Below, piece after piece: positions 23,951 through 36,823 of a stretch of DNA of 64,000 nt. Under the pieces are notes generated by a model. The model searched no databases. It saw only the letters and a program-made list of their open reading frames with translations, and was not told where the DNA came from. Location: positions 49,704-113,703 of the forward strand of contig CDRNVI010000187.1 of assembly GCA_977017575.1 (NCBI GenBank), in the 5' to 3' direction. The translations under genes were made by a program, and so were the position numbers. Each line of letters opens with the position of its first letter. Position 1 is the first letter of the stretch. Source of the DNA: Paramoeba atlantica. Its lineage: Eukaryota; Protista; Discosea.

Positions 23951-25924
23951 ATTCCAAGGTATTTTTAGAGCATTGAACACTTTTCTAATGGTGCTATGTT
24001 GGTAGTTAGGGTCTTGGAAGTGAGCAGAATGTCTTACTTCTTCAGCTGCATCATCAGATTCATTTGGTTCAGAGATGTTAATTTCATCATCAGGTTAAGG
24101 TTAAGTAATAAAATTAAAATCAACTTTAAAATCAATTTCAGAGTTGTATGTAAAGGAAGAGTAAGGAGATGCAGATTGATTTGCAGGGGCATAAGAGTCA
24201 GAATCATGATTATTTGATGAATAAATGAACATTTTATAATTATCAAGGTCAATCAGCAATTCAGATTCATTTTCATTAGCAGAATCATTTTCAGTTCCCT
24301 ATACATTGCAAAAAACTAATGAATTTTTTCGAAAGATTTACGAATCGAATTGATTAAGGTGATGATTCTATCCAAAAGAGACGAAAAACATCGAAGCATA
24401 AGGTGTGCTAAAAAAGAAACCTTTTGTTTTTCTTTGATTTTCTCAATTCTTTCTTTTGATTGTGTGTGGAAAAGTGAAATAATTGATCTGGTGGTGTTGT
24501 TTTTAATAGTTTGTGAATAAAGAAAAAAAAAAAGAATAACAAACTAAAACATTTACTTGAAATATGGAATAAAAAAGTTCATTGGTAAATCAAACAATCT
24601 ATCATGTATCTTTCCAAACCTTTCAACTCTTCTTTTCTTTCAATTTCTTTCTTTTCTCTTTTTGTTTTTCTGTTTTTTTCTCACCCGCCACTTTTTTTTC
24701 TGAAAAAGAAAAAAAAAATCCAATTCCCAATCAAATGTTGTCACATCATCCATTTTCTTTTTCTTTTTTTGGTTTTTTTTTAGTTTTTTTTTGATTTTAG
24801 GGTTTCGAACAGTTTTTTTTTTTCTTTTTTGTTTGTGAGAAAGAAAGAAAAAAAAAAAAAGAAAGAGAAAGAGAAAGATTCAACAAAAAAGAGAAAAAAA
24901 CAAAAAAAAACAAAGAAAAAGGATTGTATGACCAAAATTGATTGAAAAAATCCAAATACAAACCAAAAATAAGATTAAAAAAGAAAAAAAGAAAAAGAAT
25001 TGAATTTGTATTGGTCCTATCTTGATGGAAGCTTGAACAACTAAGAAAAAACAAGAACATTTGAATTCTTTTTCACCTCCTTGCCAAATTTCAAGAAAAA
25101 AAATCACATCCAAAATAAAAATCAGTTTTTCAGCAAAAAAGTTTTTCTTTTTTGTTTTTTGTTTTTGTTTGATTTTTGTGTTTGGTTTTTGTTTTTTGAA
25201 AGATGAAAAAAATAGACTTTTAGAAATCAAGAGATTTTTAGTTTTTTCAATGTATCACTTTTATATTAAGAAAGAGAAATGAAAAACCAATCTATTTTTC
25301 TCAAAGTGAGAAAGATAAGAGAATTCACAAGGTTTATCCAGTGATTCAATTCTTTGAGGTTTTCTTTCTTTTCTTTTTTCCTCTTCTTTTTCTTGTTTCT
25401 TTTTTTCTTTTTCTCTTTTTCTTTTTTGTTTCTTTTTTCTTCTTTTTCTTTCATCTCTTTTTTTTTTTTACTTTTTTTCACACAAAATTGTTTTTTTTTT
25501 TCTTTTTTCTTTTTTCTTTTTCTCTTTTTTCTTTTTCTCTTTTTTCTTTTTCTCTTTTTTCTTTTTCTCTTTTTCTTTTTCTTTTTTGAAAAGATTTAGA
25601 AAAATAAAAAACTAATTCTTTTTATTCTCAGAATGAACAATAAAAAAAATCAAAAGGAATTCATTTTCTTTTGTGTTGAGTGGGAATAGGATTTCTTTTT
25701 TTTCAATGGTTTTTTGATTTCTTTTTTGATTTATTTTTTTCTTTTTCTCTCATTTTCTTTTTTTTTTTTTCTTTTTATTTTTTTTTATTTCTTTTTTATT
25801 TCAGGGTTTTGAAAGTTTAAAAATATAAAAGTTTGTTTTTTGTTGTTTCTTTTGAGTTTTAATCTTTTTGTTGATATTCGGAATTTTTTTTGTTTTATTT
25901 TTTTTTATTTTAATTGTTTTTTTT

Positions 25925-27965
25925 CTTCAGAAAGTGTTTTTTATCATTGAAAATAACATCATCTTATTCCCTGTGATTTACTGTATCCAAAGAATCCTAT
26001 TTTTCTCTCAGATAAAGCACAATGTGATGTGATGGGTTAGAGGTTCAGTTTCTTTTTTCCAACATTTTTTTAAACAATATTTAAATAATTAAAGTTTTAA
26101 TGTTTTTTCCTTCAGAAACTGTTCTTTATCATTGAAAATTATATCATCTTATTCCTTGTGATTTACTGTATCCAAAGAAATCTATTTTTCTCTCAAATAA
26201 AACACAATGATGTGATGTGAGGAGTTCAGTTTTTTTTTTCTGATATTTTTCTAAACAATATTTAAATAATTTTGTTTTATTGTTTTTTCCTTCAGAAACT
26301 GTTCTTTATCATTGAAAATAATATCATCTTATTCCTTGTGATTTACTGTATCCAAAGAAGCCTATTTTTCTCAGATAAAGCACAATGATGTGATATGAGG
26401 GGTTCAGTTTCTTTTTTCGGGTATTTTTTTAAATAATAACTAATTACTTTTTTTTATTGTTTTTTCCTTCAGAAACTATTCTTTATTATTGAAAATGATA
26501 TCATCTTATTCTTTGTGATTTACTGTATTCAAAGAAGTCTATTTTTCTCAGATAAAGCACAATGATGTGATGTGAGGGGTTCAGTTTCTTTTTTTCAATA
26601 TTTTTTTAAACAATAACTAATTACTTTTTTTTATTGTTTTTTCCTTTAGAAACTGTTCTTTATCATTGAAAATCACATTGTCTTATTCTCTGTGATTTAT
26701 TGTATCCAAAGAATCCTATTTTTCTCAAATAAAGCACAATGATGTGATGTGAGGGGTTTAGTTTCTTTTTTTTAATATTTTTTAAAATAGTAACTAATTA
26801 CTTTTTTTTATTGTTTTTTTCTTTAGAGAGTGTTTTTTATCATTGAAAATTATATCATCTTATTCCTTGTGATTTACTGTATCCAAAGAATCCTATTTTT
26901 CTCTCAGATAAAGCACTTGATGTGATGTGAGGGGTTTAGTTTCTTTTTTTTCAATATTTTTTTAAACAATAACTAATTACTTTTTTTTATTGTTTTTTCC
27001 TTCAGAAACTGTTCTTTATCATTGAAAATCACATTGTCTTATTCCCTGTGATTTATTCTCTCCAAAGAAGCCTATTTTTCTCAAATAAAGTACAATGATG
27101 TAATGTGAGGGGTTTAGTTTCTTTTTTTCAGTATTTTTTTAAACAATAACTAATTACTTTTTTTTATTGTTTTTTTCTTCAGAGAGTGTTTTTTATCATT
27201 GAAAATTACATCATCTTATTCCTTGTGATTTACTGTATCCAAAGAATCCTATTTTTTTCTCAGATAAAACACAATGTGATGTGATGGGTTAGGGGTTTAA
27301 TTTCTTTTTTCTGATATTTTTTTAAATAATATTTAAATAATTAAAGTTTTAATGTTTTTTTCTTTCAGAGAGTGTTCTTTATCATTGAAAATAACATTGT
27401 CTTATTCCTTATGATTTACTGTATCCAAAGAAGTTTATTTTTCTCTCAGATAAGCACCTGATGTGATGTGAGGAGTTCAATTTCTTTTTTTCCGACATTT
27501 TTTTAAACAATAACTAATTACTTTTTTTTATTGTTTTTTCCTTCAAAGAATGTTCTTTATCATTGAAAATTACATCGTCTTATTTCTTGTGATTTACTCT
27601 CTCCAAAGAAGTCTATTTTTCTCAGATAAAACACAATGATGTGATGGGTTAGAGGTTCAGTTTCTTTTTTCTGGTATTTTTTTAAACAGTAATTAATTAC
27701 TTTTTTTTATTGTTTTTTTCTTCAGAGAGTGTTTTTTATCATTGAAAATTACATCGTCTTATTCCTTGTGATTTATTGTATTCAAAGAATCCTATTTTTC
27801 TCTCAGATAAAGCACAATGTGATGTAATGGGTTAGGGATTTAGTTTTTTTTTTCTGATATTTTTTTAAATAATATTTAAATAACTTTTTATTTTAATGTT
27901 TTTTCTTTCAGAAAATATTCTTTATCCATTGAAAAATTGTATTGTCTTATTTCCTGTGATTTACT
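25925..27965. repeat. Tandem satellite, about 12 units of ~177-186 bp
   Basis: Unit consensus CTTCAGAAA(C/G)TGTTCTTTATCATTGAAAAT...TGTGATTTACTGTATCCAAAGAA...CAGATAAAGCACAATGATGTGATG... recurs at ~25925, 26110, 26290, 26467, 26643, 26821, 27000, 27177, 27363, 27541, 27720 and 27905. Confidence 0.95.
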
Positions 27966-28039
27966 CTTGCTTTGAAACCACCAAGAAATAAGAGCACTCT
28001 TATTTTTTAATGGACTGAGATTTTTTTGTGCTTTGGTTT

Positions 28040-28070
<31 letters not shown>

Positions 28071-28175
28071 CTTTTATTTTTTCTCTTCTTTTTCTTTTTT
28101 TTTCTCTCTTTTATTCTTTTTTGTCTCTTGCTCCTCCAATCCTTTTTTTTTTTCTCTTTTCCCTCTTTCTTTCTT

Positions 28176-28231
<56 letters not shown>

Positions 28232-28906
28232 TCTTTTTTCTTTTTGCTAATTTTCCTCTTTTGCCTCTTTCTCTCTTACCAAAGTATTGTTGGAGGTTTA
28301 GGAGTGATATTGTGGACCACATTTAATTAGGTTTACAAGCTTTTCTTCCTTTCCTTTTATTGCTTTTCCTTTTTTCCTTCCCTTCCTCCCTCTCTCTGTG
28401 TTCAATTTGCTTTCCTTTCTTTTATTTCATCTTTGACACATCCTGTCCGTATGCAGCCAAAATCTACTCTCCTCTTTTCTGATTTATTTTTTTTCTTTTA
28501 CTTTCTCTTTTGTTTTTTGGAGTTCAAAATAATAAAAAAGAAAGGTTAAAGGTTTGTTTTGTTTTTTTGAAAAATCAAAAAAATATTAATAAAAAAATTA
28601 ATTTTTGATTTGTTTTATTTTTTGGTTTTTTTGAAAAAAAATGAAAAACACAAACACACAACACAATGATCACAAATGAAAAACAAACTAATATCACCTT
28701 AACAACAAAGAAAAAAACCATTAACTCTTTTTTTTTTTTTTTTGAGGCAGACTTTATTCAATTAGTAGTTCTTAATCTAAGCCATTTGAATTACATTAAA
28801 TTATGTTTGTTTTTAACCTCTAACAAGAGGTGAAGTTTTAAACTTCAGCTTAGTTCAGTCGGTCTTTATGCTGAACTTTAGAACTTCTGCAAGTTCAGGC
28901 TGGAGG

Positions 28907-29149
28907 ATGCACATCAGAAGGGAGAATAATCCAAAGCTCCTTCCAAGGGAATTTATCCTCAACTTTTTAGCAGACAGGGCTGAGATGTAACCTGTTCCGA
29001 TTTTCACACTTCTTCAAGAGCTCCTCACTCCAATCAAATCACTCTACAGCACCAGAAAAATTTTCCATAATATCGAAAAACTGAAATTTGAACTCGCCCC
29101 CCCGGGGTTGGACATAGTCGAATTTACGACTAAACTACGGGCACCAACC
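28907..29149 (+). repeat. 243-bp dispersed repeat, less-mutated copy (partner at 19393-19635)
   Basis: Retains 7 CpGs, of which only 1 survives in the partner copy; open frame TLLQELLTPIKSLYSTRKIFHNIEKLKFELAPPGLDIVEFTTKLRAPT. Confidence 0.93.
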
Positions 29150-29849
29150 AAAACCATTAACCCTTTCTTTTATCAACACCAACTATTGCACAAGTCTCCG
29201 GACTTATGGAGAGTTGACCTCCTCCCTTCAGCAGTGGTATGGTGCCCCTCTGTCTGTGTAAAGATGGCAAGAAGATGAAAAATCTGGAAATTGAAACACT
29301 AGGGTTTAGAGTTGTTATTTGGTTGTTGTTGGTTGTGTTGTTGCCTCTTTATGCTTGGTGAATCAGCAAACACTTTTATTTTTTCTTGGAAGAGGAGGGG
29401 ATGTCTCTTTAAAGTTTTTAGGGTTTAGACTTCAATTTTCAGTGTGCCAGTAAACTACTTCTTAAATCTTTTTTTTTTGTTTTAAGAACTCTGCCAACAT
29501 AGCGGTAGAGTTCTCTTTTGTTTTTTTTCTTCTCTAAACCCACAAATATTCTAACAAAAAAAAAATAAAAAAATTCTCAAAAATTCTTAAAAAAATTTTC
29601 AAAAAATTCTCAAAAAAAAACAAAAAAAAATTCTCACAAAAAAAAAAATAAAAAAAAGCAAAGTTCCTACCCCCTCCCATTTTTCAGACACAAAAATCTC
29701 TCTTTTGAAGACACTTTTTTTTGTTTTTTTTTGAGAATTTTTTGTTTTTTTTTTTGTTTTTTTTTGTTTTTTTTTTTATTTTTTTTTTTTTTTTTTGAAT
29801 TCTCCACAAAGAGAAATATTGAACAAATTTTTTGTGTTAGTTTCTTTCC

Positions 29850-30977
29850 ATGTCCCATAAAGTCCTTTTTCCTTCTCTTTGTCAAAAAGACTGCCGAACA
29901 TACTGGTGTTTACAAAAAAGAGAAGAAAGAGAAGCAAAAAAGCGAAAAGTACAAACGACAAATGAGAACAATTTTTACTTAACAGCATTTCAATGCAACC
30001 CCCCTTCCTCTTCTTTACCACCTTTGAGAAAGGAGGAGGAGAAGTTTACGATATTACCACCTTTTTCAGTTTCTATTCCAAAGCCTTTCAAAAATTATTA
30101 TTTTTCCTCCTCCATTCTCAGCAACAGCAGCAGAAGCAGCCTTTTAAACCCTCTCAACAAACCTAGAAAAGAACACAAAATTCTTCCCTTTTTTTCACTT
30201 CATGAATATTATATCTTTACGAATACAAACCTTCCTCAACCACTTCTAACATTTCCACCAGTTCTTTCCCAATATTTGAGCATTTTCTTTTTCTTTTTGA
30301 AAAATTCTTGTCATTTTTCACAAAAACAAACTTCAAAAAATTTTGATTTTAAAGGAACAATTATGATTGGGTATACTGTTAATGCAATTGAGGCAACAGG
30401 TTTTTTCTTTAATTTTTTTTTCTTTAATTTTTTATCTTTTTTTTCTTTGTTTTTTTTGTTTATCTTTTTTCTCTAACCTTATTTTTGTTTCTTTTTTGTC
30501 TGTTCGTCTTATACCCTAACCCACTCCCTTTAATTGTTTTCCTCTAATTTTGGATTAGGTTTTGAAAAACTCTACAATTTTGTCTGCCATTTTGGAGTTG
30601 CTAATAATCCATTTGAACGAAAAATTCCCCAATGGAAAAAACAATTATGGCTTCAAGGGAAATACCTATATTCTCTTCTCGATGATTGCTTCGCTTCTGG
30701 GAAATTTGTAATCTATGTTTCTTTAATGACATCAAATGACCAATCAGTCAAATGGTACTCTAATGAATGCGATATTACATTTCAAATTGTTATTTTTTTA
30801 GGAACGTTTGTTGGTGAGAGTTTTTTTGAATTTAAAGACCCAACAGAAGTATATACAATTCGAATTCCAATTATTTCAGGAACAATAATTGTTTTTGACA
30901 GACATTTGCGACATTGAAAAATTGTAATGGAAAGTTTTCATGGGGAACAATACACTGTTATTTTTTTTAAAAATTAG
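29850..30977 (+). pseudogene. Two-exon gene remnant with a C-terminal 2OG-Fe(II) dioxygenase-like domain
   Basis: ORF 29850-30399 joins ORF 30559-30977 through a phase-1 GT-AG intron with a CCCTAAC branch site. C-terminus KWYSNECDITFQIVIFLGTFVG...IIVFDRHLRH*KIV...GEQYTVIFF resembles HxD...LGxFxGG...FDG..H...GxRYxVxF; one in-frame TGA at 30915. Confidence 0.55.
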
Positions 30978-31046
30978 GGTTTAGGCTGTAGTTTTTTTTG
31001 TTTATTTGTTTAAATTTGTTTTTTGAAGCAAATAAAAAAATTTAAA

Positions 31047-31090
<44 letters not shown>

Positions 31091-34000
31091 AATTTATTTT
31101 AATTGTAAACAAAGAAGAAAAAGAAAGATAAAACATTTTGAATGTCTTTAAAGAGGAGCACTTAGAGACTTTACTTTTTAAAGTACAGAGTTTTGCTGAA
31201 TAGATCTCATGTTTCTCACCATGCTATCAATGAGTACAACAGAAAGTCATCACTATGTATATTATAAGAAAGTTCAATAAAAATCTTGATCTAATATCAT
31301 ACCTTTCTGCAAAACCTCAGAAGCAATGCACTTCAGAAAGCTTGTTACATTTGGTGAAACTGTACTGTCTAATGAAGTTAACATAAAAAGAAAGAAAACT
31401 TCTTTTTTTAAAGAGTTGAACAATTTAATTTCTTTAAAGATCCTCACTTCTTCAGGGGTATTGTTATCTCTTCTTGCATTCAACATTTTGATGTGTAGGT
31501 GTTTTGGTAGATATTCATTCAGCTTTCAGATTCTCATTATGTGTGAAATTGCAAGTAAATTTCTGGGGTTGCACATATTTGATATGCCTATTGCCATACC
31601 TTGAAACCTAGATATTGCATTTCTGCCTTGAACTGAAGTGACTATAGCATCTAAACACAAGTGTCTCCCACCTTACCAATGTTTGAAAGTTAAATTTGAC
31701 TTCTTGTTGCAATAACCAATAGAAGGAAAATGGCCATCTAGAACCACATCAAATTGTACAAGTTTGGAGATTTGGAGAAGCTGTTTTACAAAATGATGAT
31801 GCCTATCATTCATACCTTGGTTGTATTTTACACAGTCAGAGAGGTGGAGGGAACTTGACATAAGTTTGGAGCAGGCCTTGCAAGTAACAGTGCTTTGACT
31901 TGAGAGAGACAAAAGAGTGGGATCTGTAATATCAAAACAGCACCAATAAGCAAAGCAATACTCCTCAGCATTCAAAAAATCTGATCTATTGTAGTGAGTA
32001 TCTTCTCCCTTAGAATTTGGATAGACTGTTATCCACACATGAGAAATTGAGCCAGCTTCATTCTCTCAGAGCACAGCTTGCAGTAGAATAAAGTTATTAT
32101 TTTGAATTATCTTTTTTCTGTTTTCTTGAAACTGATAGCTAGTGAGCTTCTTTTGATACTTGAGAGCTGCTGAGTAGTTGGATTCTAGGGGTAGATTGGT
32201 GAGCCTAGTGAGGAGTTGGTAAAAGGATAGGTTTTTTGTTTCTGCAATCTTCCACTCAATGTTAAGTTTGGCTTTAAACTTAACATATACATTGGAAATT
32301 GCTTGTTTCTCAAGGAAATCATTTTTTTTTTTTAATGAAAGAGATTTTTATTCAAAATAGATGGTTGTAAGAGAAAGAAATAGAAAGAAAAAAAGAGAGA
32401 AAAAAAGAAAAAGAAAAAGAAAAAAAGAGAAGAAAAGAGAGAAAAGAAAAAGAAAAAGAGAATAGAAGAGAGAAAAAAAAAGAAAAAAAAAGAAAAAAAA
32501 TTAAATTGTTACCTTCTTTGGAATGAAGAGGAGTATTGTGTATTGTGCACAGAATTATTGAAATAAAAACTGAATCTTTTTGAAGATTAAAAAGATATTT
32601 CACAAATCCTAGGAATAAAATGAAAAAGAGAATTTAAGTGAAAAAAAAAGAAAAAGAAAGAAAGAAAAGAAAGGGAGAAAGAGAGAGTATTGGAGAGAAA
32701 AAGGAGAAGAAAAGAAAAAAAAAGAGAAAAAAAGAGAAAGAAAAAGAAAAAAAGAAAAAAGAAAAAAAAGAAAAGAAAGAAAAACCAATAATCAATTAAT
32801 GTGAAGAGAACACACACATACACAGAGAGAGAGAGAGAGAAAAAGAGCATCAAATTTAAGGTGAGTAGGGAAGGATTAATGATTCACTTAAATAAAAAGT
32901 ATTTAAAAAAAAAAAGAAAAAAGAAAAAAAAAAAAAAAGAAGAGAAAGAAAAAAAAAACCTTTCTATATTATTGTCTTTTTTGTGTTCAAGAAAGTTGAA
33001 AAAGAAAAAACTCACAAAAATACCATATTATCATATTCAATGAAAGTAAATTAAAAAGGAAAAAAAAAAAAAAAGAAAAGAAAAGAAGAAAAGAAAAAAA
33101 GAAGAAAAAAGAAGAAAAAAGAAGAAAGAAGAAAGAGAAAAAGAGAAAAAAGAAAGAGAAAGAGAGAAAGAGAAAGATGAGAGAAAGAAAAGACCTTCAT
33201 AAATATTGCATTTCAGAACTATAAGCACATTCATACTTTTTGCACTAAAAAAAAATTAATTTCCAAATTCAAATCTAAGAAAGAGAAAGAGAGAAAAAGA
33301 AGAAAGAAAGAAAAAGAGAAGAGAGAGAGAAAGAGAGAAAGAGAGAGAAAAAAAAAAGAGAAAAGAAAAAGAAAAAAAAAAGAGAGAAGGAGGAAAAGAG
33401 AAGAGAGAAAGAAAGAGAGAGGAAGAAGAAAGAGAGAAAGAAAGAGAAAGTTAAAAAAAACCTTGTTGTAATACTATGATGATATCTTTTTCCTCTGATT
33501 TTATTAATCAGAATCTATTTTATTTTTTTATTATTGACTGAAAGAAAAAGAGAATAAGAAAAGAAAAAAGAAGAGAAGAGAAAAGAGAGAAGAAAAGAAA
33601 AGAAAAGAGAAGAGAGAGAGAAAAAAAAGAGCAAGAAAGAGAGAAGAGAATAAAAAAAGAACAGAAAAAGAGAAGAGAGAAAAGAACTATTGCTTTTTTA
33701 ACTTGAAAAGACCAATTCTTATGCTTCAAAACAGAAGATAAGGGTTTAGGGTGGTTCATACACATTCTAAAAGAAAATTATTATTATTATTTATTATTTT
33801 AAAGAGAAAAGAAAGAGAGGAGAGAGAGGGGAGAGAGGGGAGAGGGGAGAGGGAGAGAGGGAGAGAGGAGAAAGAGGAGGAAGAAGAGAGAAAGAGGAGA
33901 GGAAGAAGAGAAAGAAAGAGAAAAAAAAAGAACTAAGAGAGTCACTTCTCCACCAAAAACAATTCCCACCTTAGTTAACATTCTCTTTGTTGCATATACA

Positions 34001-36823
34001 TCTGGAGAAAAAGAAAAGAGAGAGAAGAGATTAGGGGAGAGGAGAGAAAGGGAAAAAAAGAGAAAAGAGGATGAGAAAAATAATTCCTTGAGAAGAAAGA
34101 AAAGAGAAGAGAGAGAGAGAAGAGAAGAGAAGAGAAGAGAAGAGAGAGATAAGAAGAAAAAGAGAAGAGAAATAGAGAGAACAAAGAAGAGAAGAGAAGA
34201 GAAGAGGAAAGGAGAGACTTTGTAAACATTAATTAATTTTAATTCATTTGAGATTTGAACAACCCATATTTCCTCTGTACCATATAAGTCTAATAAAAAT
34301 GAAAGAGAAGAGAAAAAAGAGAAGAGAGAAAAAAGAAGAAAAAGAAAGAAAAGAGAAAATTTATTAATTTAAACATACACACTCAAGAAAATAAAAAATC
34401 AAGAGAGAGAAAGGAAGAGAAAAGAGAAAAAGAAAGAAGAAAGAAAAAGAAGAAAGAAGAAAGAAGAAAGAGAAAGAAGAAAAAAAAAGAAAAAAGAAAA
34501 AAGAGAAAGAGAGAGAGAAAGAGAAAAGACCTTCATAAATATTGCATTTCAGAATCATAAACACATTCATACTTCTTGCAAGAGACACCAAAAAAGATTG
34601 ATTTCCAAATTCAAATCTGAGAAAGAGAGAGGGAGAGAGAGAGAGAAAGAAGAATGAAAAAAAAAGAGAAGAAAGAGAGAAAGGGAGAAAGAGAGAGAAA
34701 GAAAAAGAAGAGAAAGAAGAAAAGAGAAAAGAGAGAAAAGAGAGAAGAGAGAAGAAGAAAAGAACTAAGATTATTTTTGGTAGAGAAAGAAAAAGAGAAA
34801 GAAAGAGAAAGAGAGAAGAGAGAGAGAAAAAAGAAAAAACCAAAAAAAAAGAGAACAAAAATAGAGTCCAATTTAAAAGTAAGGAGTAATGAATCAAACA
34901 AAAATTTAAAAAAAAAGAAATTGAAAGAAGAGAAAATAAAAAAAAATGAGAAAAAACCAAAGAAAACATTTTTCTTTTTGTTCAGTGGGACAAAAAATAT
35001 TAAAAAACAAAAATAAAAATAAAAAAAAAGGAAAGGAGAGGAGAAGAGAGGAGAGGAGAGGAGAGGAGAGGAGAGAAGAGGAGAGGAGAGGAGAGGAGAG
35101 GAGAGAAGAAAAAAAAAACAGAGAAAGAAAAGAGAGAAAAAAAACCTTTTAATTTTTCAGAAATATATTTTTCTCAGTTTTATGTGCATGAAAGAAAGAA
35201 AGAGAGAGAGAAAAAGAAAAATAAAAATAGAAAAAGAAAAAAAAGAAAAGAAAAAAACCTTTTCTCTATGGAGAGAAGAAAATTAAATTATTGAATCATT
35301 TCATCAGTTTCATTTTCTATTTTATCAAATAAAATATTTTAAAGAATGAAGAGTGGAAAGAGAAGAGAAGAGAAGAGAAAAGAAAGAGAGAGAGAGAGAG
35401 AGAAGAGAGAATGAAAAAAGAGAAAAGAACAAAGAATAAAGAAAGAAAATGAAAAGAAAAAAAAAAAGAAAAAGAAAAGAGAAAAGAGAAAAGAAGGGAA
35501 AGAGAGGGAAAGAGAAAAGAAAAGAGGAAAGAAGTGAGAAGACAAGAGAGAAAGAAGAGAAGAAAAGAGAGAAGAGAAGGAGAGAAGGAGAGAAGAGAAG
35601 AGAAGAGAAGAGAAAAAAAAGAGAAAAGAAAACCATTGCTTTTTTAACTTGAAAAGACCAATCCTTATGCTCCAAAACATAAGATAAGGGTTTTGAGTGG
35701 TTCATACACATTCTATAAGAAAATTATTATTATTTATTTATTATTTTAGAAAAAGAAGAGAGAGAAGAAAGAGGAAGAAGAGGAGAGAAAGAGGAGAAAG
35801 AAAGAGAAGAGGGGAAAAGAAAAAAAGAACCAAAAGAGTTATTTCTTAAAAAAAAACAATCCTCACCTCAGTTAACACTCCTTTTTGTTGCATACACATC
35901 TAAAGAAAAAAAAAAGAGAGAGAAAAGATTAGGGGGGAGAGGAGAGAAAGAGAAAAAAAGAGAAAAGAGGATGAAAAAAATAATTCCTTGAAGAGAATAA
36001 GAAGAGAAAAGAGAGAGAGAAGAGAGAGAGAGAAGAGAAGAGAAGAGAAAAGAAGAAAAAGAGAGGAGAAAGGGAGAAAGGAGAGGAGAGGAGAAGAGAA
36101 GGGAAGAGAAGAGAAGAGAAATCCTAGAAACATAACCCTTTTGATATTACCAGTAACATTTATTGATAAATAAGAACTTCTCTCATATGTGTATATATGC
36201 TTTCTAAGAAAGGAAGAAGAAGAAAAAGAGAAAAAAAGAAGAGAAAAGAAGAAAAAGGATATTTTAGTCAATCAAAAGGGAAGAAAAACAGAGAAAAAAA
36301 AAGAAAAAGAAAAAGAAAAAGAGGAGAAACTTTGGAAACAATTAATTTTAATTCATTTGAAATTTGAACCACCCAAAAATATTCCTCTGTACCAAAGAAG
36401 GTTAATTAATAAGAATGAAAAAGAATAGAGAGAAAAGAGAAAAGAGAAAAGAGAAGAAAAAGAAAGAGAAGAGAAAACTTATTCATTTAAACACACACAC
36501 ACTCAAGGAAATATATGTATTTTAGAGAGAAAGAGAGAGAGAGAGGAAAGAAAAAAAATTGAGAAAAACCTCAAAGGAGAGGAGGAGTGATGAAAAAAAG
36601 GAGGTGAACACTCTTGAATGTTCAATTAGAGAGGAAATTTCTTTTTTTTGTGTTTTCCTGTGTATTGAGAAGAAAGAAAATGAGAGGAGAAAGCAGAGAA
36701 AAGAAAAGAAAAAGAAAAGAGAGAGGAAGAAAGAGAAACCAGAAACAAGAACAGAAAATACATATCAATCAGTACAAAAAGAACTTTTAATTTTTGTTTG
36801 TTCTGTATTTTAAAAAGAAAGAA
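30974..36823. repeat. Subtelomeric segmental duplication, copy 1 (partner 48477-54591, same orientation)
   Basis: Shared start ATTAGGGTTTAGGCTGTAGTTTTTTTTGTTTATTTG and collinear unique islands through ...GAACTTTTAATTTTTGTTTGTTCT(G/A)TATTTT(A/G)AAAAGAAAGAA. Confidence 0.93.
31052..32300 (-). mobile_element. 3' part of a degenerate CRE-like (restriction-like endonuclease clade) non-LTR retrotransposon, copy 1
   Basis: Minus-strand frame ...LLQAVL*ENEAGSISHVWITVYP...FLNAEEYCFAYWCCFD...CKACSKLMSSSLHLSDC...NDRHHHFVKQL...LCLDAIVTSV...FLKCIASE: CCHC knuckle, RH and D-x-x-V pattern of RLE elements. AATAAA followed by a 30-nt poly(A) (T run 31052-31081). No RT domain found. Confidence 0.65.

Noticed and set aside
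25925-27965. CRISPR-like periodic array
   Set aside because: Whole ~180-bp units are homologous; there are no unique spacers and no cas genes, so it is a satellite.
30512-30521. CCCTAACCC as an inverted telomere seed
   Set aside because: It is positioned as the branch site of the 30400-30558 intron.
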